Origin: Candidatus Brocadiia bacterium
Lineage (GTDB): Bacteria; Planctomycetota; Brocadiia; SM23-32
Length of the DNA stretch: 13,909 nucleotides
Direction of reading: 5' to 3'
NCBI GenBank assembly: GCA_046538485.1
Contig: JBKHIT010000088.1
Coordinates: 1-13,909 of the forward strand
Below, piece by piece: positions 1 to 8,186 of the stretch. Both the position numbers and the translations under genes were made by a program. The notes under the pieces were generated by a model. That model worked only from the letters and a program-made list of their open reading frames with translations. It was not told the origin of the DNA and did not search any database. Positions within the stretch are counted from its first letter, which is position 1; every line of letters starts with the position of its first letter.

Positions 1-1
1 C

Positions 2-1576
2 GTTCCTGTGGCGTGGCTCCGGAAGCTGGATCAGCCCGTCCCGATGCATCGCCAGATCGCTCACCCAGAAGGGAGAATAGGAGACCAGGCTACCCGTTTT
101 GCCCTGGAATTCCGCATTCGGTGCGGCCACGATATGGTAGAATCCCGGCTCCTCAGGGATCTCGGGCGGCGCCAATACGGTTTCACGACTCTGAAAATCA
201 TCGGTGGACTCCAGCTGTTCAGACCACTGCGATACCGGCTCGGCATCGAGTATTTTCTCACGCCAGTTGCTATAGCCGGTTTCGGGATGTCTTTCCGGAT
301 CCTCCTCCAGATACTCGTCCCAGTCCGACCGGACGATCTTGAAATGCAGTTCGGTCAGGTTTTTGTAATCCACATGGATCTTGGGACCGCATTCATTCCA
401 CACACGTTCGGCATTAATCGTTGCGCCGGGCGCTTCTATCTGTGCAATAAGCCTGTCGCAGTGGGCCGCCCCCCGGCTGTCGGGGTGATCCTCTCTGGCC
501 CGGTCGGCTATCTCGCGTGCCTCCACCAGCTCGCCCTCGTTTCTCTTCCGGGAGGCCAGGCGATACGCCGCGCGGGCCGATACCGGATGTTCGGAATGTT
601 GTTCCATAAAATCGCGCAGTGCTGCTTTATACCGCTTCTCTTTCAGCTCACCGGCGGCCTGATTGTAGCCGAAACGCAGCCGGTTCAGATCCCAGTCGAT
701 AAGCGCGTCCTCGTTCCCCGCCTCCCGGTGGAACGACAGCACATCCTGGTAGAGCCGGGCGGCCCTGTAGATCGGCGAGTCCTGATCGGTACTCTCGATA
801 TCCCAGGCGAGGAAATCATCAAGTGGGTCGAAAACCGGACTTTCAGGGCGAAGCACAAACGGATCCTGCGGCAGCGCGGACGCCTGCTCGCCGCTGCAGT
901 AGAACTCCAGGGCCTCCGCCACGAGGAAGTCATAGAGGGTCGGCCGATAACGCTCGGGCATGTTCCCCTTTTCCATGAGGATCTCATATTTCCCCACAGG
1001 GATCCGCTTCAGTCGATCTTCCGCATCGAGTGCGCGGGTGTAGTTTTTGTCGATCTCGGCGAACAGCCGGGGCAGATCCCACGTTTTGATATCATCGCCG
1101 GGCGACTGCTCGGTCTCGGTGCGGTCCAAAAAACGGTGTTTGTTGCTGCTGAAATACTGCCAGTACCAGTGCGCCAGGACGGCGTGCAGGAGGGGATGTG
1201 TCTCATCCGGTGCCTCCTTGATTTCCTCTTCCAGCCGGACGATCACTTCCTCCGGCTTGTATCCCTCCACTTTTCCCTCCATCCTGATCTTCATCCCGAT
1301 GGCGCGGACGAGCTCCGCGTTTGCCTCCTGTTGCGTCGCGCGTTCAATGATCACCTCAAGATGCTCCACAGCCGTTTTGGGAAGCCCCTCGCGCCCGGCC
1401 TCCTTCACTTTCTCCCAGAGCTCATCCAGCCCGCGGTCGTCCTCCCCCTTTTCGGCGGCACGCACGTTCCCAATAACGCCGTGCTCTCCCCGGTCTCTCC
1501 ACAGAGTAATGCCCGCCACTGCTATCGTAATCACCGCCACAACCGTCAGAGTCAGCCTGGAAAATCGTCCAATCAT
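2..1576 (-). CDS. Bacterial alpha-2-macroglobulin family protein, 5' portion (runs off the left edge of the window)
   Basis: Minus-strand frame read by hand: ATG at 1576 with AGAGGAG RBS (1584-1590). Translation MIGRFSRLTLTVVAVITIAVAGITLW (signal/TM)...GLPKTAVEHL...LAHWYWQYFSSNKHRFLDRT...TWDLPRLFAEIDKNY...RPTLYDFLVAEALEFY...GFYHIVA...WVSDLA resembles the N-terminal region of Planctomycetes/Bacteroidetes-type A2M proteins. The listed + ORF 8..1882 is its codon-register antisense shadow. Confidence 0.85.
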   Translation of the reverse strand, partial: MIGRFSRLTLTVVAVITIAVAGITLWRDRGEHGVIGNVRAAEKGEDDRGLDELWEKVKEAGREGLPKTAVEHLEVIIERATQQEANAELVRAIGMKIRMEGKVEGYKPEEVIVRLEEEIKEAPDETHPLLHAVLAHWYWQYFSSNKHRFLDRTETEQSPGDDIKTWDLPRLFAEIDKNYTRALDAEDRLKRIPVGKYEILMEKGNMPERYRPTLYDFLVAEALEFYCSGEQASALPQDPFVLRPESPVFDPLDDFLAWDIESTDQDSPIYRAARLYQDVLSFHREAGNEDALIDWDLNRLRFGYNQAAGELKEKRYKAALRDFMEQHSEHPVSARAAYRLASRKRNEGELVEAREIADRAREDHPDSRGAAHCDRLIAQIEAPGATINAERVWNECGPKIHVDYKNLTELHFKIVRSDWDEYLEEDPERHPETGYSNWREKILDAEPVSQWSEQLESTDDFQSRETVLAPPEIPEEPGFYHIVAAPNAEFQGKTGSLVSYSPFWVSDLAMHRDGLIQLPEPRHRN

Positions 1577-2046
1577 TGGTCGTCTCCTCTGTATGAGATT
1601 CTCGTTCACCAGCCGGATCGTGTATTCCGACGACCGACCACATTATCATGTCGGACGGGTATTTTCGCCCGGCCGCAAGCACGAACTGAACTGAGGTCAA
1701 ACTCCTGTGCTTTATTGGACGCGACCGGACGGCAAATGTTCCGAAAAAAACTGGTACAGTGCCTTTTGGTCCCAACTGACCGTATGACCATAAACACAGG
1801 GCCAGTTACCTCCGCGCGGCAACGCAACGGTCCCGGAAACTTTTGCCCGCGGACAACCCCGACGCGGTCGATTCAGGCGTAGCCGTGCCTGAGGCTGCAT
1901 CCGTTCCCATCCGGCACCTGCGTAGGATACCGCGCCCGGGCATTGTTTGACAATCCGGATCTGGATTCGACCGGTTCCACTCAGACCCCATCGTGTCATT
2001 TGCGATGATTGCGAAAGTAAGCCTCGGGCGGGGCCAGCAAACTGGG

Positions 2047-2082
2047 CTTTGTCGTAGACTTTGTCGCGCCCTTTGTCATCCG
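2047..2082. repeat. 3 x 12-bp tandem repeat CTTTGTC-N5
   Basis: ctttgtcgtaga ctttgtcgcgcc ctttgtcatccg. Confidence 0.8.
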
Positions 2083-2145
2083 TTCACCGTTGGCCGATGC
2101 ACTTCCATGTTGAGAGCTGAACGTTCGATGTTCAATCTGATACTT

Positions 2146-2180
2146 CGCATCCCGTATCCCGCATCTCGCATCACGTATTC
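2146..2180 (+). repeat. Heptamer array (CGYATCH) x5; degenerate copy D of the dispersed element
   Basis: cgcatcc cgtatcc cgcatct cgcatca cgtattc, preceded by TCAATC-N10-CATC as in copies A and C. Confidence 0.8.
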
Positions 2181-2216
2181 CGCCCGCTCTACCGGTAGCG
2201 GTTTCGCAGAACGACC

Positions 2217-2951
2217 TCAGCTCCAGGTAACGCGGATAAACACAATGTTTTCATCATCCCGCACGACTACGATCCCCCAATTATGTCCATTCACAGCAGG
2301 TATTTCATACAACCGTCCCGAGTTTCTCAGCTCCTCGGAAAACCAGCTCGGGGCTATTGTATCGCGGTGAAAATAATCATGCGCAGTTTGCAGCGAACGC
2401 GGAGATCCGAAATCATCCGGATATGGAACATGCATATTTTGTTTCGAAAAACGCTCGGGCTCAACCTTTGAGAGGCTCGGAGAGTTGTTGATAAAGCGGT
2501 CTATACTTTGCGAAGAGGCTCGAAATCTTAGATACTTTGCCCCGGTAAAGATGCCGGACCACAAATAAACCCTGACATCCGTTGCATCGGCAGGCAAACG
2601 CGCCAGTCGCCCCGCTTTCAACACTCTCTGAACCTGCACCGTTGATGAAGAGGCATATATCATATGCGAACAAACTGCGATGGACGGAAGCAAAAAAAGT
2701 GACAACCAGACAGTTTTCCACTTCACAATCCTATGGAGCAATTTGTAGAGGAGTCCCTGGTAAATCAGTGACCCGAGCACAACAACAAACACACCCGGCA
2801 GGGTAAAAAGCAGAAGAAAAAAGAAGGCGTCTATCCCCTCACTTACCGAGTCCACCACCGGAATCACTGACCTATTTATTCTGTCCACAGCAAACGCCAT
2901 TAGTACAAGCAATGTATTCAGGCCGGCATATTTCCACGGAAAAGTCTTCAT
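2217..2951 (-). CDS. Hypothetical membrane protein (about 3 N-terminal TM segments + soluble C-terminal domain)
   Basis: 244-aa ORF with ATG start and AAGGA upstream; hydrophobic N-terminal ~100 aa, then LARLPADATDVRVYLWSGIFTG...; visibly more AT-rich than its neighbours. Confidence 0.8.
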   Translation of the reverse strand: MKTFPWKYAGLNTLLVLMAFAVDRINRSVIPVVDSVSEGIDAFFFLLLFTLPGVFVVVLGSLIYQGLLYKLLHRIVKWKTVWLSLFLLPSIAVCSHMIYASSSTVQVQRVLKAGRLARLPADATDVRVYLWSGIFTGAKYLRFRASSQSIDRFINNSPSLSKVEPERFSKQNMHVPYPDDFGSPRSLQTAHDYFHRDTIAPSWFSEELRNSGRLYEIPAVNGHNWGIVVVRDDENIVFIRVTWS

Positions 2952-3147
2952 ATCCTTATCCTAAAAAAGCCTAAACCGCATTTCTCACGAGATAACTATG
3001 GGTGCGAACCATAACATGTCGTTGCTGGTCATTATTTTACACCTCAACTCTTCAGGAACCGCATCTAACGCCATATACGTCCCCATGTTTTGTCGTATCT
3101 AATTACCAACACTGCATTTGTTTTGGTCCGCTCCCATTACTTGGTTG

Positions 3148-5880
3148 TTAAAACCCCCAAAAGAGCTTCAGCTCTGCCATAGCACGCACAAATGAATTGT
3201 TGTCCTCTCGTGCAATACTGCGGACCACTTCGGCGTCCTCCAGCTTTGATACGGCATGCATGCGTACGGACCAGTCCTGGTCGTTACGCGCAATCCTTTC
3301 CAGCAAGCCCTGATCGGTGAGTTTTTTAACAGCGGATTCACGAGCGGACGCGCTTTCATCCTTCAGCGCCACGTCCGCAATGACATCCTGGTCCGTTACC
3401 CTTTCGACTGCGGCCGCTCTTACGCGTCCGTCTTCATCGTCGAGGGCGATTCGTTCAAGTACCGATTCATCCCCGACTTTCCGTACCGCCTCCAGCCGTA
3501 CCTCCCCGTCTTCGTCCTCTTTTGCTATGGACATGAGAAGGTTTTCATCGTTCACTCTTTCCACCGCCACGCGCCGCACGGCCGCGGCCGCATCTTCGGC
3601 TGCCACCTTTCGTACAACCCCCCGATCCTCAATCCTCTTAACCGCCGCAGATCGAACGCCGGGATCCTCATCATTCAATGCCATCTCGACAAGCCTGGCT
3701 TGGTCCGTAAGATTTTCAGCCGCGACGCGGCGCAGGGCGGCGACGTTTTCCATCGCTGCCAGTTTCTCGAAAAGCTCATCCCTGGACAGTCCCTCGGTCT
3801 CCACATATTGTTCGATAACCTCTGCTTCTCCAATCCTCTGTGCCGCGCTGTCGCGCATCTTTTCCGCCATGCGTATCTCGCGAGGCTTCCGGCGAGCTGA
3901 TTGTCGTCTTGGATACCGTTCAGGTCTCCGATGTCGGCGAGAGCTTCTCCGTCTTTCCCCCCTCAATCTGTCCTGAGCTTTTTCGTCGGCCTCCGCCGAC
4001 CTGCCCTGCCCTTTATCGTCGGCGTCCTTCGACCATTCCCGCACTTTTTCATCGGCATCCGTCGCAATCTCAATAAGCATGTTGAGGTCTTTGAGCCCGC
4101 GGACGGCGGAGCGGCGAATTGCCGGATTGTCTTCTTGTCGAAGGACGGCTTTAATGACGCTCTGGTCCGTCAGGTTTTTCGCCGCCTCGCTGCGCATTTC
4201 CGTATCATAGTCGCCCCGAACGATTTCGGTGAGCAGCTGCTGATCCGTAACGTGCTTCACCGCAAGGCGCCGCATCTGCTCATCCCGATGATGCTTTGTA
4301 ATATCCGCCATCTTTTCCCTGAAGTGCTCGTCCCTGATACCGATGGCGAATACGAAATCATCGCCCTGGCGCCACTGCCAGTCCTCTTCTCCAAGCGCCC
4401 GCAGCACGTCTTTTCCGCCATTATCCTCAAGGTTTTCACCGACCGAATATACGACGTCAAGTGAACGGTCATAGCGGAACAGTTCGCCGTCGTACGGATC
4501 CGTCGGTATCTTATCGAGATACCGCGGCACGAGCGCATCGAGGTTTTCCGGAAGATGTTTCTCGGACCGATGATATGCATGAAGAGCAACGATGAGACGG
4601 GTCGCTTTCAGTTCAGATTCCAGCTTCAACTTTTCTTGTAAGGTTCGGTCAAAAGCGCTCGCAAGCAGTGGTACACACATTCTTCCAAGAGGATTTGGAC
4701 GCAGGGGCAATTTAATTAAATTCACAATCCCTTGCGTATCCGGTTTTTCTGCATCTTTAAGCGTCAACTCCGCGTAGCACCGCTCGGAGTTAGCGATTAA
4801 TTCTCGAAACACGCCCGCAAGTGCCGCTTTTGTCCTGTTGCGATGCAGGACGTAACTGGAAATCCACCTGTTCTGCAGAGCCAGCTCAACTGGTCGCGGC
4901 AAGGATTGTCCGCCCGCCATTTCGATAATGTTTGCGGGATCCTCTGCAGCCGAGTCCAGTTGAATTGCCGTGAAGCGATATTCTCCCTTCATCGCATGCA
5001 CAAAGCCCGATTCCGCCGGGCTCAAATCTGCAAGCGTCTTGAAAAGTTTGTCGAGCTGTTTATCATTTAGCTCCGCATCATCCACCAGTTTTCGCGTCTC
5101 ATCAAGTCCTATCGCCTGCACGGCTATACCGACAAGGTAGTGAATAAGCGTGTTGGGATGGTTCTTTATCATATCTCCGAACCGAAGCAGGGTAACGCAT
5201 GCTTCGGTCGCCTCCTCATACTCTCCTTCGTTTCGACTGAACCTGGCTTTCACGGCCAGCAGCCTGGCCATATCCCGCCACTGACCCAGATAGGAATAAT
5301 GCGGAATTGGCTCCGTTTCCAGCGGAGCCAGACATACCTCCCGACGCACCCCCTCACGCAGGTGCTCGAACGTTTCGGCATTCCGCTCCAGCGTTCGCCG
5401 CACAAAGTCCTTTCCGAATGCACAATCATCCTTGAGATAATCTGTTACACATTCCTCATCGTGTTCAGCCGGCCAGTAACGTGCAGAGATAGCTTTCCCA
5501 AAAACAGTGAAGGCGTTTTCATCCGGCGCCACTTCGGGCCGATCGAGTTTCAGATCGGCCACATCCGGTGCAGGGGCGTCGCGCCCCCCGATGAAAACGT
5601 AAAGAATGGACGCCAGGATAAGGACACCTGTAGCTGCGCCAGCACCGATCAATATGTTTTTTATCACTTTTTTCATTCTGATCTGCCGCGTATCTGAATC
5701 CACAGTGGGAGGGTTTTGTGCATCGCCGGGGGATGTTGCATTACTTGTTTTGTCCACGCTGATTTCCGTTTCTGGCCCGGAGGGTTCTCCGTCGATTGAT
5801 GTGCACTTGTCTGCCGTTATGTGCAACCACAAAAGATAAGGAAACACGACTGTATACACTATAAGGAACGGGATATTCAC
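3148..5880 (-). CDS. Membrane-anchored protein: helical domain ending in a GspG/pseudopilin-C-terminal-like motif, fused to about 11 HEAT-like 26-aa repeats (start may be ATG 5676)
   Basis: 910-aa ORF; TM segment MKKVIKNILIGAGAATGVLILASILYVFIGG from Met69; motif ALHAYH...LPENLDALVPRYLDKIPTDPYDGELFRY...YSVGENLEDNGG; repeats of consensus DQxxLxxIAxxDxDxxVRxxAVx(K/R)LT. Confidence 0.85.
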   Translation of the reverse strand: MNIPFLIVYTVVFPYLLWLHITADKCTSIDGEPSGPETEISVDKTSNATSPGDAQNPPTVDSDTRQIRMKKVIKNILIGAGAATGVLILASILYVFIGGRDAPAPDVADLKLDRPEVAPDENAFTVFGKAISARYWPAEHDEECVTDYLKDDCAFGKDFVRRTLERNAETFEHLREGVRREVCLAPLETEPIPHYSYLGQWRDMARLLAVKARFSRNEGEYEEATEACVTLLRFGDMIKNHPNTLIHYLVGIAVQAIGLDETRKLVDDAELNDKQLDKLFKTLADLSPAESGFVHAMKGEYRFTAIQLDSAAEDPANIIEMAGGQSLPRPVELALQNRWISSYVLHRNRTKAALAGVFRELIANSERCYAELTLKDAEKPDTQGIVNLIKLPLRPNPLGRMCVPLLASAFDRTLQEKLKLESELKATRLIVALHAYHRSEKHLPENLDALVPRYLDKIPTDPYDGELFRYDRSLDVVYSVGENLEDNGGKDVLRALGEEDWQWRQGDDFVFAIGIRDEHFREKMADITKHHRDEQMRRLAVKHVTDQQLLTEIVRGDYDTEMRSEAAKNLTDQSVIKAVLRQEDNPAIRRSAVRGLKDLNMLIEIATDADEKVREWSKDADDKGQGRSAEADEKAQDRLRGERRRSSRRHRRPERYPRRQSARRKPREIRMAEKMRDSAAQRIGEAEVIEQYVETEGLSRDELFEKLAAMENVAALRRVAAENLTDQARLVEMALNDEDPGVRSAAVKRIEDRGVVRKVAAEDAAAAVRRVAVERVNDENLLMSIAKEDEDGEVRLEAVRKVGDESVLERIALDDEDGRVRAAAVERVTDQDVIADVALKDESASARESAVKKLTDQGLLERIARNDQDWSVRMHAVSKLEDAEVVRSIAREDNNSFVRAMAELKLFWGF

Positions 5881-5938
5881 CCATCCAGCAAAAACAAAAT
5901 GGTTAGAATTTGACGAAGGCGTTTTTAACGCCCAACTT

Positions 5939-6209
5939 TCATTGTTCAGCTTCCCGCCGCTGATGTTCCTTCAGCGACGTCCCGTCTTTTGTTTTCCAGC
6001 TGGTTCGGCCGTTCATCGCGACCGTCCTGCCCCACCAGAAGGTAGACGCCGCTCCGGAAGAATTCCTCGCGCTCTTTCACCGCCGGGTAGCGTCCACGCG
6101 GGCAGACAATACCCAGTCCGATCCAGTTTGATTTCTCGACGAACCGCAGACCGTCCGGCATACCCTCGGCCACAAAAATCTGAATTTTGAAAGGACGTTG
6201 TTGATCCAT
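5939..6209 (-). pseudogene. Internally deleted GIY-YIG nuclease / DUF4357 gene
   Basis: ATG 6209 with GGAG RBS gives [31 protein letters not shown]...[11 protein letters not shown] (family-typical N-terminus). A different frame from ~6016 gives [29 protein letters not shown] (DUF4357-like C-terminus, TGA at 5941-5939). The middle, including the YIG motif, is absent. Confidence 0.8.
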
Positions 6210-6369
6210 CGTAATCGCTCCGTTGCCATTGGCTATCGACCTGTCCACAAATGTTGCTGTGTGCAGTATAACGTCGTTCGTGGTGAGTTTTCAGCAACAG
6301 CCGTTAAACATCCCTTCTCGTTCTTGCGATCCCCCCACCATGCCCGAGAGAGGAAAGTTGTAACTGGCC

Positions 6370-6474
6370 CCAGCGTCTCAATCCGTCCACCAGCATCACG
6401 CATCCCGCACCCCGCATCACGCATCCCGTATCCCGCATCTCGTATCCTGCACCCCCATCCCGCACCCCGCAACT
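6370..6474 (+). repeat. Dispersed element copy C: conserved leader + about 12 heptamers (CGYAYCH)
   Basis: ccagcgtctcaatccgtccaccagcatc matches the leaders at 9723 and 10571; heptamer array at 6392-6474. Confidence 0.85.
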
Positions 6475-6493
6475 CGTCGGGGATGTCCTCAGT

Positions 6494-6499
6494 TAACAT
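6494..6499 (+). promoter_or_regulatory. -10 box (TAACAT) of the IS circle-junction promoter
   Basis: Joining the right end to the left end at CAG gives TTGACA-aagggctacatagcagt(17 nt)-TAACAT. Confidence 0.75.
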
Positions 6500-6568
6500 G
6501 TAAGCCCTTCCCCCGATCCGTTAGTGTAAAAGTGAATCAATTTTACTTCAGACCAAGGAGGAAGAGCT

Positions 6569-7696
6569 ATGGGTAAGTGTAATGTTTCTCAGTGTGGAAA
6601 TAAATCAGAACAGATCGCCGATGATGCGGGAGATCACCCGGTCAGCATTGGGATGGATGTTCATAAGAAATCTGTTCATGTGGCCGTGTGTATAGATGGG
6701 CAAATAACCTCAACGTTTGTGATTGGCGGAGGAGAGGGGCCCTGCGGGACGCAGGCTGTGATAAGCTCCCTTGAATCTTTGAAATCCGAGAACCATCGCA
6801 TCGTCTATGAGGCTGGCCCCACCGGATACGAGCTGGCCCGTCGCCTCCAACAGGAAGGTTTCAATGCCTGGGTCATTGCTCCCGGCAAAACGCCCCGGGA
6901 GGCCAATCAGGGAAACAAATCCGACCAGATGGATGCCGCGGACCTGGCTTACTACCTTGATAAAGATATGCTGACGAAAGTTTCTATTCCGACCCGCCAG
7001 GAGGAAGCTGATCGGCAGGTAACGCGGTTGAGGGAACAGCTGCAACAGAAACTATCCTGCGTCAAGAATCAGATCAAGGGTTTTCTGCTTCAGCATAACA
7101 TAGCCGAGCCGGAGGGACTATCCCGGTGGAGCAACAAAGCGGTAAAGGAGCTGTCGGATATTGAGCTCTCGGAGGAGCTTCAGTTTTCTTTGAACATGCT
7201 GCTGGAGGAGCTGAAGGCAATGAAGCAGCGTCTGCGCAAGGTGAACAAAAAAATACGCGAGATGTCCCGGAGTGACCGGTATCGGGAAAAAGCCAGGATT
7301 GCACAGACTCATCCCGGGGTCGGTGAGATAACATCGATGACATTTCTGACCGAAATTTTTCGCCCCGGACGCTTTGATGTTCCTGGATCTGTATCCAAAT
7401 ACTCGGGTTTGGCTCCGCATGTAAGGGAAACTGGTGGCAATCGAATTGAAGGTGGGCGTCTGCCGGGTGGACGGAAAGGACTCAGGAGACTGCTGGTTCA
7501 GGCGGCTTGGGTGTGGATACGACATGACCCATGGGCCAGGGAGAAATACAAGCATCTTCTGAGCAACACAGGCGAATCGAACAAAGCGATAGTGGCGATG
7601 GCGCTGCGAATGGTGGTGAATCTTTGGTGCATGGTGACTCGCGGGGAAGAATATATTCAGGGAGGAACCCGGCAAAAAAAAGCAGAAGCGCAATAA
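6569..7696 (+). CDS. IS110 family transposase/recombinase (RuvC-like DEDD domain + Tnp20 domain)
   Basis: AAGGAGG RBS; IGMD30VHK, YE81AGPTG, KSD119QMD122A, PGVGEITS, YSGLAPHVRETGG, RRLLVQAAW, KAIVAMALR motifs. Confidence 0.96.
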   Translation: MGKCNVSQCGNKSEQIADDAGDHPVSIGMDVHKKSVHVAVCIDGQITSTFVIGGGEGPCGTQAVISSLESLKSENHRIVYEAGPTGYELARRLQQEGFNAWVIAPGKTPREANQGNKSDQMDAADLAYYLDKDMLTKVSIPTRQEEADRQVTRLREQLQQKLSCVKNQIKGFLLQHNIAEPEGLSRWSNKAVKELSDIELSEELQFSLNMLLEELKAMKQRLRKVNKKIREMSRSDRYREKARIAQTHPGVGEITSMTFLTEIFRPGRFDVPGSVSKYSGLAPHVRETGGNRIEGGRLPGGRKGLRRLLVQAAWVWIRHDPWAREKYKHLLSNTGESNKAIVAMALRMVVNLWCMVTRGEEYIQGGTRQKKAEAQ

Positions 7697-7789
7697 GGAG
7701 AGGATCAGATGTTTATGATGGACCGATAACAGACAGGACACATTCATCAATGAAGAAGCAAGAGTTCTGGCAACAGGCGAACAGATGGC

Positions 7790-7990
7790 ACATTTTCGAA
7801 GATGACCTCGCTCCGGCGCAGTTCCGCTGAGAACGTTCTTAGTTTGAGGCTCTTCACAGGCTGGATGTCGGATACATATCTTGTGGCTTGACCACGAATA
7901 GCAGCTGGAAGGATGCCGCTTTCGCTTTTGGCGTTGTCAAAGTTTTTGCAGAAAGGTAGATAGCTGGATTTTTTGCAAAATGTAACGTTT
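7790..7990 (+). ncRNA. Candidate bridge RNA / seekRNA in the IS right non-coding end (limits approximate)
   Basis: TCCGGCGC (7812-7819) is the reverse complement of the right target flank 8185-8192. ATAGCAG (7898-7904) equals the donor right-end/core sequence 8179-8185. Each abuts a hairpin (7820-7851; 7881-7897), and there is a further hairpin at about 7944-7980. Confidence 0.6.
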
Positions 7991-8075
7991 TGAATGGACG
8001 CAGACGATGACCACGATTTAAGGGAGCCACAGGCTTTCGTTTGAGGCGTCGTCTTCCCCATTCATTTTGATAAAA

Positions 8076-8186
8076 AGCAGCCCCACACGCGGGGGATGGT
8101 ATGGACGATTTGACAAAGGGCTACATAGCAGCAGCCCCACACGCGGGGGATGGTATGGACGATTTGACAAAGGGCTACATAGCAGC
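8076..8186 (+). repeat. Perfect 2 x 54-bp tandem duplication of the IS right end
   Basis: 8076-8129 is identical to 8130-8183 (agcagccccacacgcgggggatggtatggacgatttgacaaagggctacatagc). Confidence 0.97.
8164..8169 (+). promoter_or_regulatory. -35 box TTGACA in the IS right end (second copy at 8110-8115)
   Basis: Consensus -35 that lies 17 nt from TAACAT only in the circularised element. Confidence 0.75.

Larger units (their letters stand above)
6490..8185 (+). mobile_element. IS110-family insertion sequence, IS1111-type organisation
   Basis: CAG core at both ends (6490-6492; 8183-8185, also 8129-8131). Sub-terminal IR ATGTAAGCCCTT (6498-6509) pairs with AAGGGCTACAT (8170-8180, also 8116-8126; 1-nt indel). 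Short left end, long non-coding right end, DEDD transposase. Confidence 0.88.

Noticed and set aside
8..1882. 624-aa plus-strand ORF
   Set aside because: Codon-register antisense shadow of the alpha-2-macroglobulin gene on the minus strand; no recognisable motifs.
3063..3154. Canonical integron attC (TTTTAAC...GTTAGAT on the minus strand)
   Set aside because: Outer boxes are plausible, but no complementary L boxes or stem could be found, and there is no integrase in the window.
6198..6503. ORFs with PASRI / RDAG repeats (also 1993..2370, 9322..9903, 10483..10779)
   Set aside because: Translations of the non-coding heptamer arrays.
7695..7830. Tiny ORFs after the transposase (MFMMDR with an AGGAG upstream; MKKQEFW...)
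   Set aside because: Too short to support, and the second overlaps the candidate guide RNA region.
8076..8186. Possible CRISPR array
   Set aside because: Two abutting identical 54-bp units with no spacer and no cas genes; explained as a duplicated IS end.
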